Assembly (NCBI GenBank): GCA_950097015.1
Contig: CATNEN010000001.1
Location: 15,314,001 to 15,378,000, forward strand
Reading direction: 5' to 3'
Source of the DNA: Macrostomum hystrix
Taxonomy: Eukaryota; Animalia; Platyhelminthes
Length of the DNA: 64,000 nucleotides
The translations under genes and the position numbers were made by a program. Numbering within the stretch: position 1 is the first letter of the stretch; each line of letters begins with the position of its first letter. Below, one piece after another: positions 36,850 to 48,707 of this stretch. The notes beneath the pieces were generated by a model that was not told where the DNA came from, did not search any database, and was given only the letters and a program-made list of their open reading frames with translations.

Positions 36850-39800
36850 TTAAACCGTGTTTAAAAGATTTTCGATCGGCTTTTCTGGCGGAGAATTGGC
36901 GCAATATTGAATTGACAGAGCCCTTCGGATGAGACTGTGAGTTTCTAGGCTGCTGTCAGAGTCAGCAGTTTCGTCCGTAGCATCGTCCCTATCCTCATCC
37001 GCCTCAGAAGGGTCGCGGATGTCTTTCTCAGCGAATGAACGCATCGGCTTTCTGAAAGATTTTTCTAACTGCCCTCTGGACCACCAAGAGTGTTTCATTT
37101 TAGAGTTGCGCGAACTTCCACAGCAACAACTGCTAATACTAGGCGAAATGTAGCGTTTTATTCCTATGTATAATAGCCAAACACTGTGAACGGTGGCGGC
37201 AATGTGGGAGACCTCTTATAGTCTATCAGTAGGTCCGCATCGTAGCGACGCCAGATCATGTAGGCCACATCCTCCTTGCTGCTGACAGTCAGGCTAAACT
37301 TGGCAATCAGCATGTTCATCATAGTAAGGTTGATGAGGAAAAGAAACGGCAGGATGAGGTACTTCCGGTAGTGGAATTTTCCAATGGGGTGGGTACAGGC
37401 TGCGTCACTTGGAATTCCTGTCTCATTGACGACTCACCATCCAGCACCCAAGTTCTCGCAGCCCGCCAAGTCCACAATGTCTAGCTCACCAAAAGCCGCC
37501 ATCTAGTGTCTAGTATAAATGGATAGGAGATTCATCAAATCCCTGCTGCCAACAGCACCGCTTGGCGCGTAGGCCCTGCTGTCTGGATGAAGAAGACTGA
37601 AGAAAAAGACACCAAACGAGAGGCACATGGCCAGGAAAATGATCAGAAATGGCAGCAGGTCTCGGCTGAGCAGCGTTTTCAGCATGCTGATGGACGGTCC
37701 GACCAGATCAGACGCTCGAAGAAACGAAATAAAACGAAAGCTCCAGCACAGGTGAGAGCTTGCTAAGATCATGCGAATCGCAAAATACTTGCCCGAATAG
37801 GCGACCGACTGCAGCTCTCCTTTGGTTAGTGACCCATCTGCAAATGTCTTCAAGCATAAGCCAGTCAGCAGCAAGCAAATGCCAATAATGTCTATGCTGT
37901 TCCAAGGTGTGAGCGTGTAACTTCTCAGGAAGTGCCTCAGGGACATTCTGTCAACAGTGTTGACTCTAGTCGCTGCCTTTGCCGCACAGAATATCTCATG
38001 AGATAGCAAAGAGATGGCGAAGGCGTACAGCAGCACATCCGGCCAGGACAGTCCGGGAGTCACTAAGCACACTGAGTGAGTCAGTATTGCAAAGAAAATC
38101 ATGAAAGAGAGACAGCGTAGCCGGAATTTCATGCGCAACGATATGTCGGATGTATGTATGTTACACGATGTACCTGTGTAACATAGCCAGTCGCTTTAAG
38201 TCAGCGGACTTGTCCAGCTCATCCATCGCGTTCAAGGCTACATATGTGGCAAAGCAGCGGAGATCTTCCACACACTCGCGCAACGCCTTGCCGTTTTCAA
38301 CTAGTAACTGGCACTCCTCAATCACCAGCAGGCAGTTAGGAATGAGTTGGTATTGGTTCAACAGTATGAGGTCCTTTGCGACGCTTATTCTGCCTGATCT
38401 GACAGCAAAGCCAAGGAGGCTGGGAGAATGAAGGTCAAAGCAGACGCTGCTACTCTTGTGAGGCCGCCAAGACAGAAACTCACTGAAGCCCCTTCGCAAA
38501 CTTGGCAGCACATCACCGACTGAAGCATTTTTCGTACCCGTTTCGTCCAATAAATGTTGCAGATAATTGTTGTAGTCGATGGCTGCTGTTTCAGTTCCTA
38601 GATAGCTCCAGAAGCCTAATGCTAGCAGGTTTCTTAGAATTTCCACCGAATCTTGCCTGAGTGCCAAGTGGAAAAGGCGCACCCCGAAGGAGAAGCTGAC
38701 TGCGCCCTGGCCTGCGGCTGTTGTCCTCCCTGACATGTACTGCTCGTTTTGGAATAAATTTGGCCGCATGACAACACCCTTTAAGTCGTGATCGCACAGC
38801 GTAAGTAATCCCAGCTTTGCATCTTCTTCTGGTGGGATGCTGAGGGCCGCAAGTACATTGTCTACACTCTCAGTGACCTGCTGGAACGTTACCGTCTGAA
38901 AATTTCCTAGCAGATTGTCTTGCCGGTGCTTGAATAGCACATCCACGGCTGATGGACCATCGTCAATGCGCGCATCTCTTAGCTTCATGGTTTCTGAATA
39001 CTGAGTCAAAAGGTAATTGATGTTTTGTAAGTGGCCCATTTGACAGGCAAAGTGAAGGCAGCCAAAGCCTCCGTATGGGCCCAGTTGCACCTTTTCACTG
39101 ATCAACTGATCCCACAGTTTATGAAGGTTCAGTTTCATAAAGTCTCCTTGCAGTTCCGCTAGGCTGTGCTTGGCTACATAGACGTGCAGCATATTAAGAC
39201 CGTCCGAGTTTCCAAGGACGTTATCTTCTACGACAGTTTCAATATTTAGGACTCTCTGATCGCCTCAGAAGGCATCGAAGAAACGGCATAGGTTGCCACT
39301 GTCTGTCAGCACCATTGTGGCGTTATGCTTTGACACGTTCATTGCTAACCATGTACGTTAGTGAGCAGCCCTGGCTTGCATCCATCTAATAAATGTTTGA
39401 AATATGTCGAGCTGTTCATCAGTCAGTGCCGCTGAGCAGACCAGGTGAAGGGCTGTATTGTCATAGTAGTCTATGGCTAAGGTGTCTGAATTGGCCTCTT
39501 CTGCCAGATATTTGGCCACCTCGAACTGCAAGCCCCGACAGGCTAAAAGGTATGGCGTTTCTCCGCTCTTGCTGCGGTGCTCGATACTGCAGCCGCCCTC
39601 AACTAAGAATCGGCCAGAATTGACCAGACCGCAGAGAGACGCCTCACCGAGGGCAGTTTCGCCATCGTTGTCAGGGATATCCATCTGACACTCACAGTCT
39701 CGATAAAGGAAGCTGAGAAGGATCTGACAATTGCTCAAAGCAGCCAATTGAGCCACGCTACAGCCGAGTTTGTCCTTAGCCAGCACCGCCCTCTGAAACT

Positions 39801-40231
39801 GTCGCCGAGATACTGCGTCTTCAATGCACTTTAGTACTTCAACATGTTTACATGTGTCTAGTGCGTTTAGGGAGCAGTCATAGAGAGTAAACAGTGTTGT
39901 CTGGACAGCGGCGATAAGATCTTTCAAGCTGTAGGGTGCTTTTGGAATACTGGCCTTTTTATGGGTCAGAATTAGTTTGACGGCCTCTGGCTGAAGACCA
40001 AAGCAGGCTCGCAGCAAGGGTGTGTAGCCAAACGAATCTCTGAGAGTTGCATCGCAGCTCTCCGACGCCAGCAGGTAGGCCAATGATTTCAGCTTTCCCC
40101 ATTCGGCAGCAAGACTGCTTTGCTAAATATTTTATGGGCATTTCGAGAGATGAGAAACACAATGCAAGTAAAAAACTATCTGCTGAAGTGTACAAGCTAC
40201 AATAACTCATTCTCTCAATCTTAAGTGACAA
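36850..40231 (-). pseudogene. Ankyrin-repeat + TRP (TRPM-like) cation channel pseudogene, apparently intronless
   Basis: Ankyrin motifs GYTPLLRAC, DGETALGEA, GETPYLLAC, NTALHLVC, GCLHFAC. TM region WNSIDII, VGPSISML, AAFGELD, NMLIAKFS; TRP box IWRRYDADLLIDYKRSPTLPPPF. In-frame stops at 39358-60, 39265-67, 37503-05 and 37434-36; frameshifts near 40090 and 38150. Confidence 0.82.
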
Positions 40232-40549
40232 GCATTTTTTTCACTTTACGGGGCCTGTCACATCGCGTCCACAGAATAGCAATAATAACTCGAGTGATGA
40301 AGCAGTGCAAGCTCAATATCAGGAATCTTGAATTAAGTGGGTGGGTGCTAGAGCGGTGACACGTCCATGAGCTCGGTGCCACGAGCTAGAGTTTAACTAA
40401 CCACTAAATTTAAACTATGCACTTTAGCTTCAGTCATGACATTTTCCTAATTGACTAGCACAAATTTGGGAGAAACCAAACACGGATTCGGGAGACAAAA
40501 ACACGGATTTGGGAGTTAGCTGCATAAATTTTGAAAGTACCATCATAGA

Positions 40550-40895
40550 TTTTGGAGGTACCAGCATAGATCTGGGAGGTACCAGAAAAGATTTGGGAGG
40601 TACCAGCATAGATCTGGGAGGTACCAGCATAGATCTGGGAGGTACCAGCATAGATCTGGGAGGTACCAGCATAGATCTGGGAGGTACCAGCATAGATTTG
40701 GGAGGTACCAGCATAGATCAGGGAGGTACCAGCATAGATCTGGGAGGTACCAGCATAGATCTGGGAGGTACCAGCATAGATTTGGGAGGTACCAGCATAG
40801 ATCTGGGAGGTACCAGCATAGATCTGGGAGGTACCAGCATAGATCAGGGAGGTACCAGCATAGATCTGGGAGGTACCAGAATAGATCTGGGAGTT
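40550..40895. repeat. 21-bp minisatellite
   Basis: (GGTACCAGCATAGATCTGGGA)n. Confidence 0.95.
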
Positions 40896-41546
40896 ACCAA
40901 CACGTATTTTGGCGATATCAACGCATATCAAAGTGGGAGCGACATCGTGGACTGAAAAGTACATTTTCTTAAACATTCCTGTCTAAGCAACAATGTAATA
41001 AGGCTAGCAAGTAAACAAATCAAGTTTGACTTGAAGATATACCTACTCAAATAAGTAATATAGCTAAGGTAGGTGTTTAAATAGATATTGCATTATACAG
41101 CATATTATTAAAATTCAGGAAAGAGAGAAAAAATATTTCCTCTTATCAGCTATAAAACACATCCTGGTGAATCAGTAGTTTGAGGTTGATTAGCTGTGCA
41201 AACAGATACTAAATCTCAACTGGTCTTCTATTTCGTTTATGACGAAATGGAACAGTGACTAGATTTCTCGTCGATAAGATTAAATTATAACTGCATATTC
41301 AGGATTAAAATCATCAGGTTAAGGCTGGTCCGAGAGGTACTAGATGGTCAGTTTTGAGTCTGGCATGAGTGGGAATCGGTAACTTATTTAAAAAAATCAG
41401 CTTTTTCTCATAACAGTATTTCAGATTCAGAACACTACGAGTATTAGCGTTGAAAATAGGCAGTCTGACCATTGATACAATAGAAAAAACGTTTTGAAGC
41501 CTTTTTTTGCAGAAAATCTTCAGTAATCAACTAAGCACTCATCTTA

Positions 41547-41655
41547 GGGGTGAGTGTCGAGCTATCGCGCACCAAGGTCCCTGAGCTCGATTCCGCGGCT
41601 AGGCCACAATTATTTGGGTCGCAGCCGCGGAGAGAAGGCTTGGGGGGCTTGTCGT
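41547..41655 (+). mobile_element. SINE family A, 5' fragment
   Basis: GGGGTGAGTG...GCACCAAGGTCCCTGAGCTCGATTCCGC...GCAGCCGCGGAGAGAAGGCTT matches 1098-1210. Confidence 0.8.
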
Positions 41656-42504
41656 ACAATTAATATTCAATTAACACCTTTGAGGGTATTACAATTAAAC
41701 CCACACGCACACACGTAATTTCTGATAAAGTTCAAAGCACAGAAAATGCGCGTAAATGAACCAGGATAAAATAACAACTGCACAATCTTCTGTTTTAGAT
41801 TAAAGTGGATTTTCTCAAAATCATCAAAATATTACTAAGTTCTGAAAAAGTACATAGCCTACTTGCTAAATGGCGAACCCAATTAGTTTTAGTTACTCGT
41901 AATAACAAACTGATCAAATTTTAACTGAAAGATTCGAAGACAATTTTCACTGTCACAGATAACAGTAGGTAGGTGAAAGGTGAATTGTTGAGATAGCGCG
42001 ACAGTTTCACCCATGCGTCTTTCACCCATACGCTTTTGCGTCATTTTTACTTGTTGCGCGCAAAAAAGCTGTTGGGGTTCATTCCATTTCATTTTCTATT
42101 CACGTGCTAGCGAAGATAAGGTACCGATAATGTCAAACAGTTCATTAAGCAAAAAGCAGCACAATTGACTAGAAAATAATTTCAAGTCCTTGCTCACACC
42201 AGGACTTCAACAAATATATTTTCAATAGTTAAGCATGCATAAAACGAAAGTAAAACGTTTCTGTAATGACATGAATACAATGGCAGCAACTGATTAACCT
42301 TATCGATCGACCTCTATCTGGCGGCCGAAAATAGTTTTTACAGCTGCGACTTCACTGCAAAAGTGTCATTAAAATTCGAGCACTGTAGAAATTTTTTCCG
42401 AATTATTGTTTTCCAAGGTAAAGAGTAGACGCATTTCAAAACGAAGCACTGATTTAAAACTGGTGTCGCAAACACTAGAAATAGCATTCAAGTGCGCTCG
42501 AATA

Positions 42505-42820
42505 ATATTAATAATAATTGAAGGAGGGCTGCGGGCAATGGTTCACCATTTAGTGATAGTCGACCAGCGAGGAGGCAATTCTGCCCATTTCGCTAACTCC
42601 TGAGCACACACGCACACAGATACTGTACGCAGGCACACACTCACACTGGGGGTGTGCAAATCTGCCCTGACTTTCTCATCATCAGGCAGTGTACACTTCG
42701 CTGTGCCTTGGAGGTTGGCCCTCAAGGGCGGAAACTGCACGACAAGCCCCGAGCCTTCTGAATGTGGCCTCACAGCGGACTCCAGCACCGGTACCATGAT
42801 GCGAGAGGCAAGCGCGTTAG
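42505..42820 (-). mobile_element. SINE family A copy
   Basis: Reverse complement of the family A body with a short (TTA)n tail. Confidence 0.87.
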
Positions 42821-43314
42821 TAAGTCGTAAATTGTATCCGACAGTAAATTAAAAAACACTGCCAACGCCGCCCATGCAGCAAAAATGTGGCAAGAATAGC
42901 AAATATTGTTATCTAACCTTAGTGACTAAGGAACACGTATCTTGAAATAAGAGCGACTTCCAAAAAATACTCATCAAATCTATAAAAAATTAGCTCGACG
43001 ATAAAAATGCTAAAAAGTCCTTATCGAAACGTGTGATGAAAAACAAAACTACGAGTATAAAAGTTAACAAAACGGACTTATGAAGCAAGCACCAAGCGAC
43101 GATAAAGTTCGTCTATTTGCCAAATGATAAGGCATTTTTGCTGATCGAAAATGTAGAAAATTATAAGCGTCATCAAGCAGCCAAGCACACGGAAAAGACG
43201 AATATCAAAATCATCGCATATATAAAAGCCAAAAATACTAGCCACATTATCGCTGCAACAAAAAAGAAACGATCACCAATCAGAACAAAGGAAATATAAT
43301 TTACGGATTAACAA

Positions 43315-46314
43315 ATGGTGCAATACGCTGCATACTCCGGCTCAGAAAGTACCGTCAATTTTAGCGGCCGAGGAAGCTCAGGCAAGAAAGGCCTCTTCCT
43401 GACGGTGCCGATTCTCGTCCTGCTCGCGATCGTCTTCGCGGTCTCCGTGGTGGCCGTGGGGCTCATCGTGCACTTCACCGCTCCAAAGTGCGAGCAATCC
43501 TCTACGCCGCCTCCGACAACGGTTCCGAGCAGTCCGCCGCCGGCGACTCCGGGACCATCGACTGCGCCACCGCTCGTGAAAGACGTCCGACTGCCGGCTG
43601 GCGTCAAGCCCGTGCACTACAGCGTCACCCTGGCGCCCTACATCTACGAGACGAACGCATCGGCCTTCTACTTCATCGGCTCCGTCAGAGTGAGGCTCAG
43701 TGTCAGCCAGAGCACCAACAACCTTAAGCTGCACGCAGACAGGATCAACCTGACGGTCCAGGATATAAAGATCTACGATGACAGCTCCAACATAAACTTC
43801 ACCGTCACGAGCGTTGTGTACGACGACAAGCGTCAGTGGTACAGCATCGACACGAGCGAGCAGCTGCCTGCGAACAGCTCAAGCGTCGTCCTGCAGATCG
43901 ACAAGTTCCGAGGTCCACTTCGGTCTGATCTTCGAGGTCTCTATCTGAGCTCCTACACTGAGAACGGAGTTACAAAGTACCTCGCCACTTCTCAACTGCA
44001 GCCGACGGACGCCAGGAAGACGTTCCCGTGTTTCGATGAGCCTGGATTCAAGGCAAAGTTTGACATCAGCCTCGTGAGACTTGCGTCTTTCAAGTCCATC
44101 AGCAACATGCCTTCAAAGCAGGAAAGCAACGTGGCTGCCAAGCAGTGGTTTAGTGAGATGGCCGACTCAGATCCTGTAGTGAAGGAGGACTTTGAGACTA
44201 CTCCCATCATGTCTACTTACCTTCTGGCGTTCATTGTGACTCAATTCGACTATGTAGACAGCAAGGACGACAAGGGTCGCGAATATCGCAACTGGGTTCG
44301 ACCCGAGTTCAAAAGTCTCACAAGCTACTCGCTTGAGGCCGTCAAGAACATCACCCAGCACTTTGAGTCCTACTTCAACGTGTCATACCCGCTGAATAAA
44401 ACGGATCAGGCTGCAGTTCCCGACTTCAACGCAGGTGCGATGGAGAACTGGGGACTGATAATTTATCGAGAGAGCCGCCTCGTTTTCGATGCATCCAAAG
44501 ACACAAGCGCCATTTTACAAGCCATCGGCAGCGTTGTGAGCCACGAGCTCGCCCACATGTGGTTCGGAAATCTGGTCACTCCGGACTGGTGGGACGACAT
44601 CTGGCTCAATGAGGGATTCGCCAGTTTCGTGCAAAACATCGGAGTGCACAATCTGCATCCCGACTGGGAAATCGATGCTCAATTCGTGTCAAAAAAGCAG
44701 AGTGCGGCCTTCGATCTCGATTCAAAAGGCTCGAGCCACCCAATTTATATTCAGGTTTATAATCCGAGTCAAATCAACGAGATCTTCGACACCATCACCT
44801 ACAGAAAGGGCGCCACTGTTCTTCGCATGCTTCACGGCTTCGTGGGTGACGAAGTGTTCCGGAAAGGAGTCGGAAAATACCTGTTGGACAACAGTTACGG
44901 CAACACATTCCACACTGCTCTCTATGACAGTCTGGCTCGACAGTACAACGAAACGTGGGGCAGACCGCTCGACGTGGGTAAAGTGATGGACCGCTGGATC
45001 AAGCAGATGGGATATCCCGTGCTCAACTGCTCCAGGAGTGCAGGCCAGCTCACACTGACCCAGAACCACTTCCTCAGCGACCCCAGCCAGAAGCCCAGCT
45101 ACGAGAGTGACTACAACTACACGTGGATCATCCCAGTCACCTTGGCAACCAAGGAGAATCTCACTTCGGGTACTCCGGAGGATGTGTCACGATTCGTGCA
45201 ATGGATGGCCGACAAGAGCCAGACGTTCGACTTGGACGCCGGCTCGAGTTGGCACCTGCTCAATCTGCGCTCTCTCGGCTTCTACAGAGTGAACTACGAG
45301 CCAGCGAACTGGGAAGCTCTCATCCAACAGCTGCTGTCGGACCACAGCGTGTTCACTCCGCAGGACAGAGCCCGTTTGCTCGATGACAGCTTCTCTCTGG
45401 CCAGCGCAGGCTACCTGGACTACAGCGTTCCGCTCAACATGACCAAGTACTTGAAGAGCGAGACCCACTTGGTTCCGTGGCAGTCGGCTCTTTCGAAGAT
45501 GAGCTACCTGCACTCGATGCTCCACCGACAGTCTCCGGAGTACGGTCCTCTGAGTGCCTACATGCGCGACCTGCTCGAAGGTGCCTTCAAGGACGTCGGA
45601 CTCGACAACAAGGAGAACGAGTCGCACCTGACCCGACTGAAGCGAGAGCTCATCGTCTCATCGGCCTGCCTGTACGGTGTGCGAAGTTGCGAGGAGGCCG
45701 CGACCCAAAAGTTCAGCGAGTTCGTGAGCTCAAATTTTACCAATTTTACCACGATCGTCAGTCCGGACATCCGACGCCGGGTTCTCTGTGAAGGAGTGGT
45801 CACGTCTTTTGTGGTCGTGTGGGACCGACTGTTTGAGTACAGCAAGATTGAATCACATCCTGGAATTCAGAACGACATCATGCGCAGCCTGGCCTGTACC
45901 AGCGAGCCGTGGATTCTCAACCGCTACCTGGACTATGCTCTCGACGAATCCAGAGTCCGGAGGCAGGACTCCTCCACGGTGTTCTCGAGCGTTTCCGCGA
46001 ACCCGAACGGTCTACAGATCGTGTGGGACTATCTGCAGAGGAACTGGGAGAGCATTCAGGAAAAGATCCCTGGCTCCTTCACTGTTTCGTATTTCATCAA
46101 CAACCTGGCCGCCTTCAACAGCGAGCAGAAGCTTGCGGAGATGGAGAGGTTCAAGGCGCAGCACAAGGACAACCTGGGCGCTGCGATGCGGGCTATGGAC
46201 CTCGCCCTGGAGAACGTGCGCATCAACGTCAAGTGGATGGAGCGCAACCTTCCGGCTGTTCGCAGCTGGCTGGCCGATAATGTGAAACTGTTTGAAGAGC
46301 GGCGCGCGTCATGA
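43315..46314 (+). CDS. ANPEP: Aminopeptidase N-like M1 zinc metallopeptidase, type II membrane protein, copy 1 (999 aa, intronless)
   Basis: N-terminal TM anchor, S/T/P stalk, GAMENWG, HELAH-x18-E (WLNEGFA), catalytic Tyr (TITYRKG), ERAP1-C-type tail. The symbol is family level, not proven orthology. Confidence 0.95.
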   Translation: MVQYAAYSGSESTVNFSGRGSSGKKGLFLTVPILVLLAIVFAVSVVAVGLIVHFTAPKCEQSSTPPPTTVPSSPPPATPGPSTAPPLVKDVRLPAGVKPVHYSVTLAPYIYETNASAFYFIGSVRVRLSVSQSTNNLKLHADRINLTVQDIKIYDDSSNINFTVTSVVYDDKRQWYSIDTSEQLPANSSSVVLQIDKFRGPLRSDLRGLYLSSYTENGVTKYLATSQLQPTDARKTFPCFDEPGFKAKFDISLVRLASFKSISNMPSKQESNVAAKQWFSEMADSDPVVKEDFETTPIMSTYLLAFIVTQFDYVDSKDDKGREYRNWVRPEFKSLTSYSLEAVKNITQHFESYFNVSYPLNKTDQAAVPDFNAGAMENWGLIIYRESRLVFDASKDTSAILQAIGSVVSHELAHMWFGNLVTPDWWDDIWLNEGFASFVQNIGVHNLHPDWEIDAQFVSKKQSAAFDLDSKGSSHPIYIQVYNPSQINEIFDTITYRKGATVLRMLHGFVGDEVFRKGVGKYLLDNSYGNTFHTALYDSLARQYNETWGRPLDVGKVMDRWIKQMGYPVLNCSRSAGQLTLTQNHFLSDPSQKPSYESDYNYTWIIPVTLATKENLTSGTPEDVSRFVQWMADKSQTFDLDAGSSWHLLNLRSLGFYRVNYEPANWEALIQQLLSDHSVFTPQDRARLLDDSFSLASAGYLDYSVPLNMTKYLKSETHLVPWQSALSKMSYLHSMLHRQSPEYGPLSAYMRDLLEGAFKDVGLDNKENESHLTRLKRELIVSSACLYGVRSCEEAATQKFSEFVSSNFTNFTTIVSPDIRRRVLCEGVVTSFVVVWDRLFEYSKIESHPGIQNDIMRSLACTSEPWILNRYLDYALDESRVRRQDSSTVFSSVSANPNGLQIVWDYLQRNWESIQEKIPGSFTVSYFINNLAAFNSEQKLAEMERFKAQHKDNLGAAMRAMDLALENVRINVKWMERNLPAVRSWLADNVKLFEERRAS

Positions 46315-46654
46315 ACATTTTTGTGTCTAAGAATGGATTAAATTGATTGTGGTTATTTAGAGTACCGTCTGTTTCGCGGTAACTGTTGTGAACCCGTTGT
46401 TCCGAGCGAGGGCTCGATAAACAATTTTTTGAACATTTTAGTTTTTACGTGTTACTTCTGGTTGGAATTTAAGTTTAGTGTCTGTTAAAGAGTGCGTATT
46501 TTTTCACTATTTTAGTTGGCCTCTGCGTGTTGAAACTTACGACAGCACACCCGTTGCTGTTGTCTATGGTCGGATTCCGTAGTAGTCCTTAGTCCTAGCG
46601 GGCCGTGAAATGCCATTCGTATCCGCCAAATACAACTTTTGGTTCTGTATAAGG

Positions 46655-47060
46655 ATTGTACCATAGACGTTTTTGCCCAAGCTATACTTACAGAGTCAGA
46701 GACGGGGGTGTGGGGCAGAGCCCCCACTTCGGGGTGCCGTAGGCATTTTTTCTTCAGTAAGCCATTCCTATTAGTCGATACCTTTTAGGAATAATTTTAG
46801 AAATTAGTCGCTAGAAAATTACCGAGCATTAATTCAACTATGACGGGCAAGACTTTCTGCCCGCCAGGCAAAAAGGTCATGGTACAATTTTTATTTTTTT
46901 TATTAGTTAATAGCTTAGCAGTTAATAGCCATTAACCGCCCGCAAAAAGGCAACGACCAATATGGAATGGCTTACTGAGGCTAAAATGTCAATGGCTTGC
47001 CCCACACCCCCGTCTCTGACTCTGTAAGTATAGCTTGGGCAAAAACGTCTATGGTACAAT
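46655..47060. mobile_element. MITE / foldback non-autonomous DNA transposon
   Basis: ~63-bp near-perfect terminal inverted repeats (ATTGTACCATAGACGTTTTTGCCCAAGCTATACTTACAGAGTCAGAGACGGGGGTGTGGGGCA and its reverse complement), with weaker inverted similarity further inside. No ORF. Confidence 0.85.
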
Positions 47061-47279
47061 AAAATTCTAATAATGCCTCTAATATACCTCTAATAATGGT
47101 ATATTAGAGGATAGAAATCGAATTCCGAACATTGCTGTGCCCGCAAAATCGTGGCACAATGATCAAAAGCCCAAAAGCAAAACAAAATATGCTACAATGA
47201 CAGTTAATATAACATACATGACAAAAAACAGTGCTTGGATTTTCTCGCTATGGAACTTGGAAAGCGATTTCACTGAAAA

Positions 47280-48336
47280 ATTCAATTCCCAAAAACTTAA
47301 TCCCAACAACTCGATGCACAATGACTGCATTCCCAAGTACTTAATTCCCAAGAACTTAATTCCCAAGAACTCAATTCCCAACAACTCAATTCCCAACAAC
47401 TCAATTCCCATCAACTCAATTCCCAACAACTCAATTCTCAACAACTCAATTCCCAACAACTCAATTCCAAACAACTCAATTCCCAACAACTCAATTCCCA
47501 ACAACTCAATTCCCAACAACTCAATTCCCAACAACTCAATTCCCAACAACTCAATTCCCATCAACTCAATTCCCAACAACTCAATTCCCATCAACTCAAT
47601 TCCCATCAACTTAATTCCCAACAACTCAATTCCCAACAACTCAATTCCAAACAACTCAATTCCCAACAACTCAATTCCCATCAACTCAATTCCAAACAAC
47701 TCAATTCCTGACAACTCAATTCCTGACAACTCAATTCTAAACAACTCAATTACCAAAAACTGAATTCCCAACAACTGAATTCCCGACAACTCAATTCCCG
47801 ACAACTCAATTCCCAAAAACTCAATTCCCGACAACTCAATTCCTTACAACTCAATTCCAAACAACTCAATTCCCAACAACTCAATTCCCATCAACTCAAT
47901 TCCAAACAACTCAATTCCTGACAACTCAATTCCTGACAACTCAATTCTAAACAACTCAATTACCAAAAACTGAATTCCCAACAACTGAATTCCCGACAAC
48001 TCAATTCCCGACAACTCAATTCCCAAAAACTCAATTCCCGACAACTCAATTCCTTACAACTCAATTCCCAACAACTCAATTCCCAACAACTCAATTCCCA
48101 ACAACTCAATTCCTGACAACTCAATTCCAAACAACTCAATTCCCGACAACTCAATTCCCAACAACTCAATTCCCGACAACTCAATTCCCGACAACTCAAT
48201 TCCCAACAACTCAATTCCCAACAACTCAATTCCCAAAAACTCAATTCCCGACAACTCAATTCCCAACAACTCAATTCCCAACAATTTAATTCCCAACAAC
48301 TCAATTCCAAACAACTCAATTCCCAACAACTCAATT
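47280..48336. repeat. 15-bp minisatellite, left part (split by the LTR element)
   Basis: (AACTCAATTCCCAAC)n; 210-bp higher-order duplication 47641-47850 / 47851-48060. Confidence 0.96.
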
Positions 48337-48683
48337 TGGTTGAGAGGCCTGAGTAGTTTATTAATTCTAATTATTTTGGTTGCATTCATATATTGTATTT
48401 TCAGTCTAGAAGTGCTCTAAGCTGACAGCCAATCAGCGTGCTTCAAGCGTCACAGTAATTTTTCTAACCCAAGCCCCAGTCAGTGTGCATCTATCGGCAC
48501 CGTACAATACTTCGTGTTGCTAGTACTTTTCTCACCCCCAGTCACCACCTCAATGCAAAATAAAAATAAATATTACTGCGGAGCTAGAGCGCAGAGGTCG
48601 TACCGGTAGTACTCATACCTTGTTATGCGATAAAACGCCGCTGTCAAATCATTGTCCTTCTTCGTTACTTGTTCACCGAAACA
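48337..48683 (+). repeat. 5' LTR
   Basis: TGGTTGAGAGG...CACCGAAACA; identical by eye to 55019-55365. Confidence 0.97.
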
Positions 48684-48686
48684 TTT

Positions 48687-48704
48687 TGGTAGCAGAGCGT
48701 GGTT
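48687..48704 (+). promoter_or_regulatory. Primer-binding site complementary to the tRNA-iMet 3' end
   Basis: TGGTAGCAGAGCGTGGTT, 3 nt after the 5' LTR; animal initiator tRNA ends ...CUCUGCUACCA. Confidence 0.85.
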
Positions 48705-48707
48705 TCA

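Noticed and set aside
37434-39360. Stop-codon readthrough or selenocysteine recoding in the TRP gene
   Set aside because: Stops are mixed (TAA, TGA, TAG) and come with frameshifts, while neighbouring genes use the standard code. Decay is the simpler explanation.
42660-42700. Hammerhead ribozyme (CTGATGA...GAAA on the minus strand of SINE A)
   Set aside because: Only 3 nt between CTGATGA and GAAA, so no stem II. The motif varies among copies and sits in the loop of a simple hairpin.
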